Source: Alphaproteobacteria bacterium (GTDB taxonomy: Bacteria > Pseudomonadota > Alphaproteobacteria > UBA828). From it: 64,000 bases of DNA. Each line of letters opens with the position of its first letter. The stretch's first letter is position 1. The position numbers were made by a program, and so were the translations under genes. Shown piece after piece: positions 11,552 through 21,036 of this stretch. The stretch covers positions 288,001 through 352,000 of the forward strand of contig CBDCCI010000002.1 of assembly GCA_965214705.1 (NCBI GenBank), read 5' to 3'. The notes beneath the pieces were generated by a model, which did no database searches, had not been told where the DNA came from, and saw only the letters and a program-made list of their open reading frames with translations.

Positions 11552-11890
11552 TTGTCCGAGCTGGCAGAGTCCGGTGAAATTGTGGAGGTGGAAGGGAGCA
11601 CCGGTGTTCCCGATCAAGAGTTCGGGACGTGACGAGGAGTTCAACACGAAAGATACTTGCCGAGGATCCCCGCTCGGGGCCGTCGTCAGTGCATCGTGAG
11701 CGTTCTGAAGCAGCTCGAGAATACATCGCCCCCTGTATGCTTGGGCGATCTGTGCGTCGAGGCTGGCTATCGTTCGGTAGTTTTGCGTGCCATTCTTGGT
11801 CTCGTCGAAAAAGGTCTGCACCTGACGCTGTGCTTGGTCGACGATGAGTTCATCGCCAGCCCGTCTGGAGACTGAGCACTCGACTGCCAT
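11552..11890 (-). pseudogene. N-terminal fragment of the sacsin-like HATPase gene
   Basis: YRGRCILELLQNAHDA...NTGAPF GHKL motifs; joins in frame to 6721. Confidence 0.85.
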
Positions 11891-12026
11891 CCGTCTCAGT
11901 CAATCATCGGGACATGGCTGGAGACGGCGGCCTGCCAAGAGTTGCTAATCGCATCCGGGATGTCACTTGAAGGCTCGTGGTAAGGGCAGAATGTGAGTTT
12001 CCTGTCCGAGACTCATGCTGAAACAG

Positions 12027-12392
12027 TCATGTTGACTGGCTGCGCCTTGTCGTTGCGTTTGGCGCCGAGTTGGCGGGGTTGGACGAGTCCGTATCAGGGT
12101 CGGGCACGATGGTCGAGATGAAGTCGCGAATTTCCTCGATTTCGTGTTCGCGTCCCTCGGCAATAAGGCCGCGCGCGAGGACCTGAGCGGCGAACAGCGA
12201 GGCGCGCGCGATACGCACCCTCGCCTCCTTTCCGAACAGTTCTCTCTGGTCGAGGGCCTCTATGGCGAGTTCGACCAAGAGCTCGTTCGGATTCTGCATG
12301 GTGCCCAAAGCCGCCTTCTCGACCCGCGCCCATTGCCCGGGGAGGATGCGAATGCGCCTGCTCTGGGTCTTGTCGGTCGTTTCAGTCATCAC
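12027..12392 (-). CDS. Small ribbon-helix-helix-like protein (paralog of 39879-40175)
   Basis: RRIRILPGQWARVEKAA...NELLVELAIEALDQRE aligns with NIRVRPEQWERLEDAA...NQLLLELAMEALDRRE. The RHH fold is inferred. Confidence 0.7.
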   Translation of the reverse strand: MMTETTDKTQSRRIRILPGQWARVEKAALGTMQNPNELLVELAIEALDQRELFGKEARVRIARASLFAAQVLARGLIAEGREHEIEEIRDFISTIVPDPDTDSSNPANSAPNATTRRSQST

Positions 12393-12641
12393 GTTCCGTC
12401 GAAAATCTGTCAGTTTCCGGTCACGAACGAAGCTGCAAGTCGTCGGACTCTACACAAGAATGGGCTGGTCCGGGCACGAAACGCGCCCGGTTTCGGGCGA
12501 CTGGGCGGCGGGGTGGCGCAAGGCGCGAGAGAAGGCGGTCATCATACGCCGCACCCCGCCCTGGCACAAATCGCGACCACGCAGGCGATTGCCTATACCC
12601 CGCGGAAACACGCTTCGTGTTTCGTTTCACGGCACCGCCTC

Positions 12642-12654
12642 TAACCCATTGATA
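12642..12654 (-). promoter_or_regulatory. IHF-like binding site
   Basis: TATCAATGGGTTA matches WATCAANNNNTTR exactly. Confidence 0.5.
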
Positions 12655-13195
12655 ATGAGACGTAACCAGCGTGTTACGATGTGCTGCTCCCTGGTCGCGT
12701 TTCGTGCCAACTTTTCCCGGCACGCGAGGGGCGCGCTCGGGTACGAACGATCGTACCCGGTCGCAGCGCATCGCACGCAAACGCAGCCACCGCGACCCCT
12801 GCATCAGCGATGCGTCGGGTGTATGACCCAGACCGCTCCAGCGGTGGGAGCGGCCAATTCGTGCGGCATGAGCGATGGGGGAATCTTCGCCGGCGAGCGC
12901 AGCGGTTCGGAGCCGCCGCGGCGATTGATGCGGGCGGTCCGGCCGTCGCGAGCGAGGGCACCGGTGCGAAGCACCGTGCCGAACGGTGCGGCAGCGCATG
13001 ACATGGACGCGAAACGCAGCGCCGACAGCGAGCGAAGCGAGACCCCGGATCGCAGTCCGGGGCAGGCTGCGCATTGAGCGCCGCGCGAAGCGCGCGCGGT
13101 GGTCGGTACAGCCGCGAGACGGTCGGTGCGAAGAGAACGAGCCGCGCCGCCGTCCCGATGCCGGGATGACGACGCGGCCCGCGATGCGTTGCGGT

Positions 13196-14116
13196 CTAGG
13201 CCGCCTTCAGGACCGGAATGCCGAGCTGCCGCGCGCGGTCCACAAGGTTCTCGGTGATGCCGGAGCCGGGGAACGCGATCACGCCCTTGGGCAGGAGGTT
13301 GAGCAGTTCCTCGTTGCGGCGGAACGGTGCGGCGCGTCCGTGGCGGTCCCAGTCCGGCTTGCAGACGATCTGGTGGACGCCGTTGCGGTCTGCCCACTGC
13401 GCCGCGATCTTCTCGACGCCGGGGCCGCCGCCGTGCACGAGCACGATGTCTGCGTATTTGGCGCGGGCCTGTTCGAGCTTCGCGATCACCGTCGCCGGGT
13501 CGTCGACGTTCTTGCCGCCCGCGATGGCTACCAGCGTGCCCTGCGGCAGGTGCGCCGTGGTCGCGCGGTCCTTCCTCGCGCGCATGTAGTCTCGGGCGTC
13601 GATAGCCGCGCTGGTCAGCCTGCCGGTCTGCGAGGTGTGCGATCCCCGGCGCGGCCGCCACACGCTGCCGGTGTCCGCGCGGTAGGCGTCGGCGGCTTCG
13701 TCGCGCATCCGCTCGAACGCGTCGCGGCGCGCGGTCAGGTTGTGCGCCCTGTCCGTCACCAGCTCCAGCTCGCGCGACTTGATCTCGGTGCCGTCCTGCC
13801 CGCGCTGGAGGTCGCGCAGTTGCGGCGTCAGCTTGTCGGCGGCGCGGTCGAGGCGGTTGGTCTGGCTGTCGAGCATGTTTACGAAGCCCCACAGCAGGCT
13901 CTCGCGCTCGTCGGCGATTTGGAACCCGTCCGGCGCGACGCCCTGGGCCATGATGCGGAACGCCTCCGCGACGGCGGTCAGCGCGTCGTCCTCGTCCCAG
14001 ACCTCGCGGGTGTCGAACTCGTCGCGCTCGGGGGCGGCGCCGAAGAGGGCGGCGTTGTCGCTGATGGTCGCTGTCATGGACTGGTCCTGCGCTTCGATGT
14101 TCTCGATGGTGGTCAT
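13196..14116 (-). CDS. DUF2493 / YspA-related SLOG family protein
   Basis: LVHGGGPGVEKIAAQWA...PDWDRHGRAAPFRRN...IAFPGSGITENL; GAGGAG RBS. Confidence 0.88.
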   Translation of the reverse strand: MTTIENIEAQDQSMTATISDNAALFGAAPERDEFDTREVWDEDDALTAVAEAFRIMAQGVAPDGFQIADERESLLWGFVNMLDSQTNRLDRAADKLTPQLRDLQRGQDGTEIKSRELELVTDRAHNLTARRDAFERMRDEAADAYRADTGSVWRPRRGSHTSQTGRLTSAAIDARDYMRARKDRATTAHLPQGTLVAIAGGKNVDDPATVIAKLEQARAKYADIVLVHGGGPGVEKIAAQWADRNGVHQIVCKPDWDRHGRAAPFRRNEELLNLLPKGVIAFPGSGITENLVDRARQLGIPVLKAA

Positions 14117-14203
14117 GACGATCTCCTCGATCTGAAGTTGCACGGATCGGAGCGTTGGCCCCGACGTGATGTCCTGTTGGGAACCGCGCGCGCAGCGGAA
14201 GCA

Positions 14204-14327
14204 CCTGGGCTTAGAAGGTCTTGGGGCGGAGTGGTGCGGAAAGTCGCCGATCTTGGTGCGGAAGATCGCTCCGCGATCTTCACGGTCGGCGACTTTCACG
14301 GTCCGCCCCTAGAGCTTCTTGCCCAGG
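14204..14327 (-). promoter_or_regulatory. Long imperfect hairpin upstream of DUF2493 (copy A)
   Basis: Stacked stems GAAGATCGC/GCGATCTTC, GAAAGTCGCCGA/TCGGCGACTTTC, GGGGCGGA/TCCGCCCC and CCTGGGC/GCCCAGG. Confidence 0.75.
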
Positions 14328-14511
14328 CCGCAGGGAGCGGAGCGACCGGAGGACCCGGAGGGTTGCTGTAGCGAGCACGTGGGTCACAATGGGAGATCAC
14401 GTCGCCCCGCCCATTCTCTCCACCCGCACCGCCCCACGGCCTCGCGGCGGGCACGGCGTCGGCAAGCGAGGCGAGGACCGTGCTGCTGGCTGCCCGTGCT
14501 TGCCATCGCGG

Positions 14512-14739
14512 TCATGGCCACAGAGGGTGCGTCAGGACGCGCCGGGCGACGGTCTCGCGTATTTGCGAGCGCTCATGGATGCGCACCGGGCCGCGAGGGT
14601 CTTCGTCGAGCCAGCAGACGTAGTAGTGCGCCCCCGGCTTGAGGATGTCGTCCTGGCGATGGACCTCGCCGACGAAGTCGCCGTCGAAATAGACGCGGGA
14701 CTCTTCCGGCGTGATGCGCTTGAAGGCGATGTCGGTCAT
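14512..14739 (-). CDS. Conserved small hypothetical protein (75 aa)
   Basis: GGGAG RBS; homologous to the split gene at 28878-29011/37076-37169. Confidence 0.75.
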   Translation of the reverse strand: MTDIAFKRITPEESRVYFDGDFVGEVHRQDDILKPGAHYYVCWLDEDPRGPVRIHERSQIRETVARRVLTHPLWP

Positions 14740-15043
14740 GTGGTGCTCCCTGTCCGATGCCGCGCGAGGCAGGGACCGCTCCCTCCCTCCTCGCGGCGTT
14801 CGCCCCCTCCGAGCTTCACTCCACTCCACGTCAGGGCTGCCCGGCGCGGCATGCGCGATCGGGGGTTCGGTCTCCGGACCCACTGCAAAAGGAAAGGGAC
14901 GGCGCCGAAGCACCGCCCCGAGTCGAGGAGAGACAGTTGACGATCGCCGGAACCCTCGTCGGGAGGCTGAAAATGCCCCCACGGAACGATACCGTCGCGT
15001 CAGCCGGCCGGCCCGGGCTCCGGTGGAGGCTCGAAGCCCTCAC

Positions 15044-15076
15044 CAAAAAAGGGGCCAGCGCCGAAGCGCCGGCCCC
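15044..15076 (-). terminator. Intrinsic terminator after ssb fragment
   Basis: GGGGCCGGCGC-TTCG-GCGCTGGCCCC-TTTTTT on the minus strand. Confidence 0.75.
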
Positions 15077-15110
15077 CGAGTTGGGAGGGAGGAACGAAGG
15101 GAAGCGGTCC

Positions 15111-15405
15111 CTAAAAGGGGATCGATCCGGCCGGATCCGCGGACGTGTCCGAACCGTTCGCGGGCTCGTCCGCGGGCTGCGCCGAGGCCGTCGCGCCGTT
15201 GCCGTTGGACCCGTTCGCCTTGTCGAGGAACTGGATCCGCGAGCCGGGGACGAGCAGGATCTCGGTCGAGAACCGATCCGAGTCCTCACCGTCCTTCCGC
15301 CACTTCCTGGTCTGCAGCTTGCCCGCGACGTAGACGAGCCGGCCCTTCTTCGCGTGCTTCGCGAGCATGTCGATCAGCCCGTCCTGGAAGGTCACGCAGC
15401 GGTGC
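15111..15405 (-). pseudogene. ssb: ssb, C-terminal half only (5' truncated)
   Basis: HRCVTFQDGLIDML...KGRLVYVAGKLQTR...IPF is nearly identical to 27094-27537; the N-terminus is missing. Confidence 0.85.
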
Positions 15406-15634
15406 CTTTCAGTAAGTTGGGGATTATCGGCTACGCCACACGTACGCATGAGTGCCTAGATGTGCGATAAATCGCTCTATGAATACAGGTTTCTCCCGCT
15501 TCCTCGCGTACAGCCCGTATCTTTCTCGCGACAGACGCGCGCTCCGATACGCGTTTGTTCCACATCGGTCGCTTGCAGGGTGCTTACGATTCACCTACCA
15601 TGCAAAACCGTCAAGAATTCGCTACCCCCGACCC

Positions 15635-16816
15635 ATGCCCAGACGCGCCGAACGCAAACTCTCCAAACGCACCGTCGACGCCCTCGCCGCCGAGCGGCGC
15701 GACGCCGTCTTCTGGGATCGCGACCTGCCCGGCTTCGGGGTCAGGGTTTATCCCTCCGGCCGCAAGGTCTACCTCGTTCAGACCAGGGGACCGAACGGCT
15801 CGAAGCGGGCAACGCTCGGCAGCCACGGAGACCTCACCCCGGAGCAGGCCCGCAAGAAGGCCGCGGTCGCCATCGACCGCATCAAGCGCGGCGAACACCC
15901 GCTCCCGGCAGAGCCGCAGCCCGAGCCCACCGTGGCCGACCTGGCCGCGCACTACATGCGTGCCCATGTGGAGGTGAACTGCCAGCCGGCGACCGTGAAG
16001 GACTACCGGCGCACCCTCGACCTGCACATCCTGCCCGCCCTCGGGGAGATGACGCTCGCCTCGGTCGAGCGCGAGCATGCCGCCGACCTCCACTACCGGC
16101 TGCGCGAGACGCCGACGCGGGCGAACGCGGCGCTGAAGATCCTGTCGCACATATTCGCCCTGGCTCCGGGCTGGGGTTTCGAGACAGGCGGCAGGAACCC
16201 CTGCCGCTTCGTGCGCGGCTATCGTGAGCGCAAACGCGATCGCTTCCTGACCCGCGACGAGTACCGCCGGCTGGGCGACGTCCTGGACGAGGCGGAGAGG
16301 GGCCGGATGTCGGTGCACACGGTGGCCGCGATCCGCGTGCTGATGCTGACCGGGTGCCGGCGCAACGAGGTCCTGGAGCTGAAGTGGGACGACGTGGACC
16401 GGACGGCGGGGGAGCTGCGGATTCGTCATGCCAAGACCGGCCCGCGCCGGGTGCCGCTGACGCCGGCCGTGGCGGAGATTCTGGACGCGCTCCCTCGCGT
16501 GGAGGGCAAGCCCTGGGTGTTTCCGGGCCGGGGCGCCGACGGCCGTCTGGTCAACATCAACGCGCAGTGGCAGGCCCTGTGCGCCCGCGCCGGGCTTGAG
16601 GACGTGCGCATCCATGACCTTCGTCATTCGTACGCCTCGCGCGCGCTGGCGCTGGGCGAGAGCCTGACCACCATCGGCGGCCTTCTCGGTCACACGAAGG
16701 TGCGGACCACCGCGCGCTATGCGCATCTTGCCCGAGACACGGAGATCGAGGCTTCGGCGAAGATTGGGGCCAGCATCGGCGCCCATGTCCTGCAGGACGG
16801 GACCGGGCCAGCCTGA
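15635..16816 (+). CDS. Tyrosine integrase with arm-binding (DUF4102-type) N-domain
   Basis: FWDRDLPGFGVRVYPSG; TGCRRNE, HDLRHS, LLGH, TARY. Confidence 0.92.
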   Translation: MPRRAERKLSKRTVDALAAERRDAVFWDRDLPGFGVRVYPSGRKVYLVQTRGPNGSKRATLGSHGDLTPEQARKKAAVAIDRIKRGEHPLPAEPQPEPTVADLAAHYMRAHVEVNCQPATVKDYRRTLDLHILPALGEMTLASVEREHAADLHYRLRETPTRANAALKILSHIFALAPGWGFETGGRNPCRFVRGYRERKRDRFLTRDEYRRLGDVLDEAERGRMSVHTVAAIRVLMLTGCRRNEVLELKWDDVDRTAGELRIRHAKTGPRRVPLTPAVAEILDALPRVEGKPWVFPGRGADGRLVNINAQWQALCARAGLEDVRIHDLRHSYASRALALGESLTTIGGLLGHTKVRTTARYAHLARDTEIEASAKIGASIGAHVLQDGTGPA

Positions 16817-16843
16817 GGCGACGTTCGGGGAAGAGGTTCGGCG

Positions 16844-18037
16844 ATGGCGAAGCTTAAGCGACAGTCGATCTCGCGGCGCACGGTCGAGGCGCTGTCGGTC
16901 GACAAGGACACCGTGTTCTGGGACCGGGAGCTGACGGGCTTCGGGGTCCGCGTCTATCCGTCGGGGTCGAAGTACTACATCGTGCAGGTGCGCGGCCCGG
17001 AGGGCTCGAAGCGTCTCACGGTGGGCCGGCACGGCGTCATCACGGCGGACCGGGCGCGGCAGCGGGCGGCGCTGATCATTGCCCGGATCAAGGCGGGGGA
17101 GGACCCGATCCCGGCACCCCTGCCGCCGCCCCCGGACGGGCCGACGGTCGGCGAGATCGCGGCGCGCTACCTTGAACAGCATGTGGCGGTGCGCTGCAGG
17201 GCGAGCACGGCGGACATGTACCGGCGCAAGATCGAGCGCTACATCCTGCCGGCCTTCGGCACGTTGCCGCTTTCGGCGGTCAGCCGCGAGGACGTAGCCG
17301 GATTGCACTACGAACTCCGCGACAGGCCGGTGCTGGCGAACCATGTTGTCGAGGTCCTGTCGCGCCTGTTCACCATGGCGGAGTACTGGGGCCTTGCGCC
17401 CGAGGGCGGCAACCCGTGCCGGTTCGTGAAGCCCCACCGGGTGCGCCGGCGCGAGCGCTTCCTGACGGAGGAGGAGTTCACCCGCCTGGGCCGGGTTCTC
17501 GCCGAGGCGGAGACGGACGGCCCGGCGATGCCGAGCACGGTGGCGGCGATCCGGCTTCTGATGCTGACCGGGTGCCGGCGCAGCGAGATCCTGGAGCTGA
17601 AGTGGGATGACGTGGACCTGGAGCGCCGCGAGCTGAGGTTGCGCCAGACCAAGACGGGACCGCGCACGGTGCCGCTGAACCCTGCTGCGGTGCAGGTGCT
17701 GTCGGGGCTGCGGCGGGCGCCGGACAATCCCTGGGTGCTGCCGGGCAGGCAGCCGGGCCGGCGTATCTCGAGCCTCAACGAGCCCTGGCTGCGGCTTCGC
17801 AAGCGCGCCGGGCTGGAGGACGTGCGGCTTCATGACCTGCGTCACAGCTTCGCTTCGCGCGCGCTGGCGCTTGGGGAATCGCTTCCGATGATCGCGCGGC
17901 TCCTGGGCCACGCCGAGGTGCAGACGACGGCGCACTACGCCCACCTGAGCCGCGAAGCCCTTAATGCGGCGGCGGCCAGGATCGCGGACAGCATCGGTGA
18001 GGACATTCTTCGCGGCGCCCGGACTTCGAGCCCCTGA
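16844..18037 (+). CDS. Second, paralogous tyrosine integrase with arm-binding N-domain
   Basis: FWDRELTGFGVRVYPSG; TGCRRSE, HDLRHS, LLGH, TAHY. Confidence 0.92.
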   Translation: MAKLKRQSISRRTVEALSVDKDTVFWDRELTGFGVRVYPSGSKYYIVQVRGPEGSKRLTVGRHGVITADRARQRAALIIARIKAGEDPIPAPLPPPPDGPTVGEIAARYLEQHVAVRCRASTADMYRRKIERYILPAFGTLPLSAVSREDVAGLHYELRDRPVLANHVVEVLSRLFTMAEYWGLAPEGGNPCRFVKPHRVRRRERFLTEEEFTRLGRVLAEAETDGPAMPSTVAAIRLLMLTGCRRSEILELKWDDVDLERRELRLRQTKTGPRTVPLNPAAVQVLSGLRRAPDNPWVLPGRQPGRRISSLNEPWLRLRKRAGLEDVRLHDLRHSFASRALALGESLPMIARLLGHAEVQTTAHYAHLSREALNAAAARIADSIGEDILRGARTSSP

Positions 18038-18126
18038 GAGGCGGGGCCGGGACGGGCGGGGAGCGGCAAAGCCAAGCCGGGGGGTCGCAGCCGCCCCGTC
18101 AGTTCGACCCGCAGCAGCGCTAGCAA

Positions 18127-18225
18127 TGTTGTTAAGCTCGCTTTGTTGCCCCCCCCCAATCCAGCAAGATCAATGAGTTACCGCGCCGATCGGCATCCAA
18201 CCCGTGCGCCGATCAACACTTCGGG
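18127..18225 (+). repeat. Degenerate ~100-bp direct repeat, copy 1 (IHF-like core)
   Basis: TGTTGTT...CCCCCC...TCAATGAGTTA.CGCGC.GATCGGC...GCGCCGA.CAACACT; similar to 20938-21036. Confidence 0.6.
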
Positions 18226-18388
18226 CACGTCAAGGCAATCCTCAACATCGGATTGTCGACGAAGCCGCGGCCGGTTTATGACTCCTCAATCGGCAACCGC
18301 GGACACAGACGCGTTCGACGATCTGCCCCGGCGATGGTTGCGACATCGTCGGCACCGCCCGCTCACCGCCAAACCGCAGGGTCCCACC

Positions 18389-18826
18389 ATGTCGAAAGTC
18401 ATCGAAAGCCTTCGTTCCCTGGACCGAAAAGAACGCTTTGCGGTCGTACGGGAAGCGCTGTGCATCGACGAACAAACGCCCAAACTCGACAAGGGTTTTC
18501 GCGAGAAGCTGAGCGGCTGCGTCGGCGTGCCGGTACCCGAACACGCGTTCGTCGCCATGGACTACCATCTCGACTGGATCCGGATGTCCCTTCACCTTGC
18601 AGAAAATCCGGCCCCCAGGCCCGGGGAACCGTTCCCCAACCTCGGCTTCGACGACATCAACAACGACCAGGAAGACATCGACCTGCTGGTCGCTTTCGAC
18701 TCGGGGGACGAAACCGCGCCGGCAACGCATCTGGCGATGATCGAAGCGAAGGCCTACCTGCCCTGGACCAACGAGCAACTGAAGTCCAAGACCTGTCGGC
18801 TGGGTGTGGTTCTGGTATGGCGGTAA
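18389..18826 (+). pseudogene. PD-(D/E)XK-like hypothetical protein, 3' truncated by MITE
   Basis: QEDIDLLVAF...MIEAK motif; the frame runs into the MITE inverted repeat at 18801. Confidence 0.6.
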
Positions 18827-19014
18827 TGAACCCGGTCTGATCCATGAGTCCTTGCGGTGCGGAGCGTCCTCACCTCCCAGTCAAGCCGGCTGTCGAGACA
18901 AAATCCTGCCCTGGAACGGTCGATTGTCACGAAACCCCGATTTCGGCTGTCTGCCTCGACCCATGAAACGTTCTACGTCAATGACTTACGATTGCCATAC
19001 CAGACCCACACCCA
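18801..19014. mobile_element. MITE / internally deleted IS (214 bp)
   Basis: 21-bp terminal IRs TGGGTGTGGTTCTGGTATGGC / GCCATACCAGACCCACACCCA with 1 mismatch; no transposase. Confidence 0.75.
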
Positions 19015-19036
19015 CTTCAAGCGGTGAACCTACTAT

Positions 19037-19994
19037 TTACTTGCCTTCCGGCGCAATTGCATCCTCTAGGTTCAGACTCTTGAGGTGAGGCTCAAGTGCG
19101 TTGATCAGCCGATTCATTGAGTCGGTCATCAGGTCGTGCGTCTTTTTCCAACTCTGCTCGGGATCGCTGTATCCTCCCTGCACGGTTGCTCGTATGCGAC
19201 AGGCCCGTTTTCCCTCCAATTTCTCCCATCTAAGCGGTCCTCCAAATGCACCTTCAATCTCCTCCTTCCGTGCACAAAGTTGATTGAAAATGTGCAGATT
19301 CAGATGATCCATGTTCTTGCCGCGGTCGACATAAAGCTCTGCAGCAGCCTCGTTCTGCCAAACCACGTAATTGAAGCTCGCACCGCGCACCCCAAGAGCT
19401 AAGCCCCATCCACGAGTGATGCCTTGGACTGATGTGCCGGTGAAGCGTCGCGTCCGGGTGCTGAACCAACTGTGACCACCATTTGTAGCGCGTATGATGC
19501 CGCTCGCTCATTTCTTGCTTGCTGCGCCCGATCGATTTCCCCTCTTCGGATGGACCAACGATCACGGTGAGCAAAGGGGCAGGTAATGAGTTGTCGATGC
19601 GGATGGCCTCGATTTTCACGAGATAGAAGTCGGCACTCGACGACTCATTGAGCCAAGTCATGGCGGCGACGTGCTCAGGGCGTGGATCGGCCACAATCCA
19701 GACAGCAACCTTGGCCTGCATGGCAGTCAGGTAGGTAATCAGCTTGCCCAAATGGTCGTGATTGCTCTTCTCCAATTGGTTCTCGATTATGATTGAAGAC
19801 CCATCGTTTCCTTCCGCAACCAGATCAGCACTGAAGGTGCTCTCTGTCTTCCTCTCCCTTTCGACATTTTCGATATCGCGACTTATTGCGGCGCTTAAGA
19901 CATCAATGTTTTCCTCAAGCCACTTTGTGAAGTCGTACGCTTCGTGCTTCCAGAGATCGCGAAGCGAGACACGTTCAATCTTTGCTATCGACAT
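19037..19994 (-). pseudogene. DUF4268 protein with nuclease-like N-domain, +1 frameshift near 19394
   Basis: WKHEAYDFTKWL...IIIENQLEKSNHDHLGKLITY; C-terminal KEEIEGAFGGPLRWEKLEGKRACRI lies in another frame. Confidence 0.8.
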
Positions 19995-20596
19995 CCTCAT
20001 CCTTCTTCGGGCGGGTGGTCGTCTTCCGCGTCAGTCTGCAGGCGGCCGTCGGCGCGAAGCCGGGCTTCGACCGGGAGCGGTTCTTGTATGGCGGGAATGG
20101 GCGTTTCCGCTTGATACACCTTCCGCTCAGCACCATACATGCCCATCCCGCTTGATGCACGCGGCGCCGTCATCCTGCCCCCGATGGCGTGCGGCCCCAT
20201 CCTGACAGGATTCCGCCCGGGTCGGGCACTTTGTCACGAAAATCCGGAGTCAGACGAACAGGGAGCGCCTAAGCCATTGAATCTCAACACTCTCAATCCG
20301 CCATCCCAGAACCCCACCCTGTCGGCTCCGAGAGATGTTCGGCGAAGACGGAATGCAGGCCGGCGTGGTGAAGCCGCATTTCCTACTGATGACGGCCCGC
20401 AGGTCGGACAAAATCTTGACCGCCACGTGGCCCGGCTGGACAAAAGACAGGCAGGGAAACCCGCTCTGGCTCGATTACGACTTGCCTTCCCGCCGCAAGG
20501 TCACGCGCTGCGATGCCGGCGGCAAGCCCGACAAGCGCGGCGGTCACCTGCGGCTCGACCCCGTGCCGCGTTCGATCAAATAACGGCCCACATCAT

Positions 20597-20899
20597 TCAA
20601 CTGGTGCGCCGTCCGGTCGTGCGCTGGATTCCTGCCCCGACACAATCTGCCCGCGACCCGATTTCGCGGGCTCGCGCCTGTCCCCGGATACCTCGGACCA
20701 ATCCGCCGGAGGTCCTTCCCGCAGCAGCTTGAACAACGACTGCCGCGCGAGTTCGAACAGGCAGCCCCAGCGCCTCCGCTCTTCCGCCGTGCCAGCGGTT
20801 GGCCGTACGGTGCGCCTTGTCGTTCCGCACCAGGTACTCGTGCAGCATGTAATCCGCCGCTTTCGACGCTGACGCCAGCGCGCACGGACCCGAGAGCAT
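20597..20899 (-). pseudogene. Degenerate N-terminal fragment resembling a MOB-F relaxase
   Basis: ASKAADY...YLVRNDKAHRTANRWHGGRAEALGL resembles SPAQGVSYY..YYARHDAEHLEASAWAGKGADALGL of 44286-47237. Confidence 0.5.
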
Positions 20900-20937
20900 C
20901 CTAGCGTCCGGAGCGCGGGCGGGCTGACGGGGTGCGG

Positions 20938-21036
20938 TGTTGTTCGGCGTGCAACTTGGACCCCCCAGTATCGAGCCGCTTCAATGGCTTATCGCGCTGA
21001 TCGGCGCACAATCCACGCGCCGAACAACACTCGGGG
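20938..21036 (+). repeat. Degenerate ~100-bp direct repeat, copy 2, with 13-bp inverted arms
   Basis: GTGTTGTTCGGCG (20937-20949) and CGCCGAACAACAC (21018-21030) flank TTCAATGGCTTA. Confidence 0.6.

Noticed and set aside
15421-15440. Possible tRNA 3' end used as att site (...GGCTACGCCA)
   Set aside because: No T-arm or cloverleaf and no second copy seen; no tRNA or rRNA found in the window.
15611-17944. 777-aa minus-strand ORF
   Set aside because: Shadow of the two integrases.
20335-20583. 82-aa ORF
   Set aside because: May be a gene fragment, but has no recognisable motif or clear RBS.
20928-20940. GGGGTGCGGTG resembling the F-plasmid nic
   Set aside because: Too short in GC-rich DNA to call oriT.
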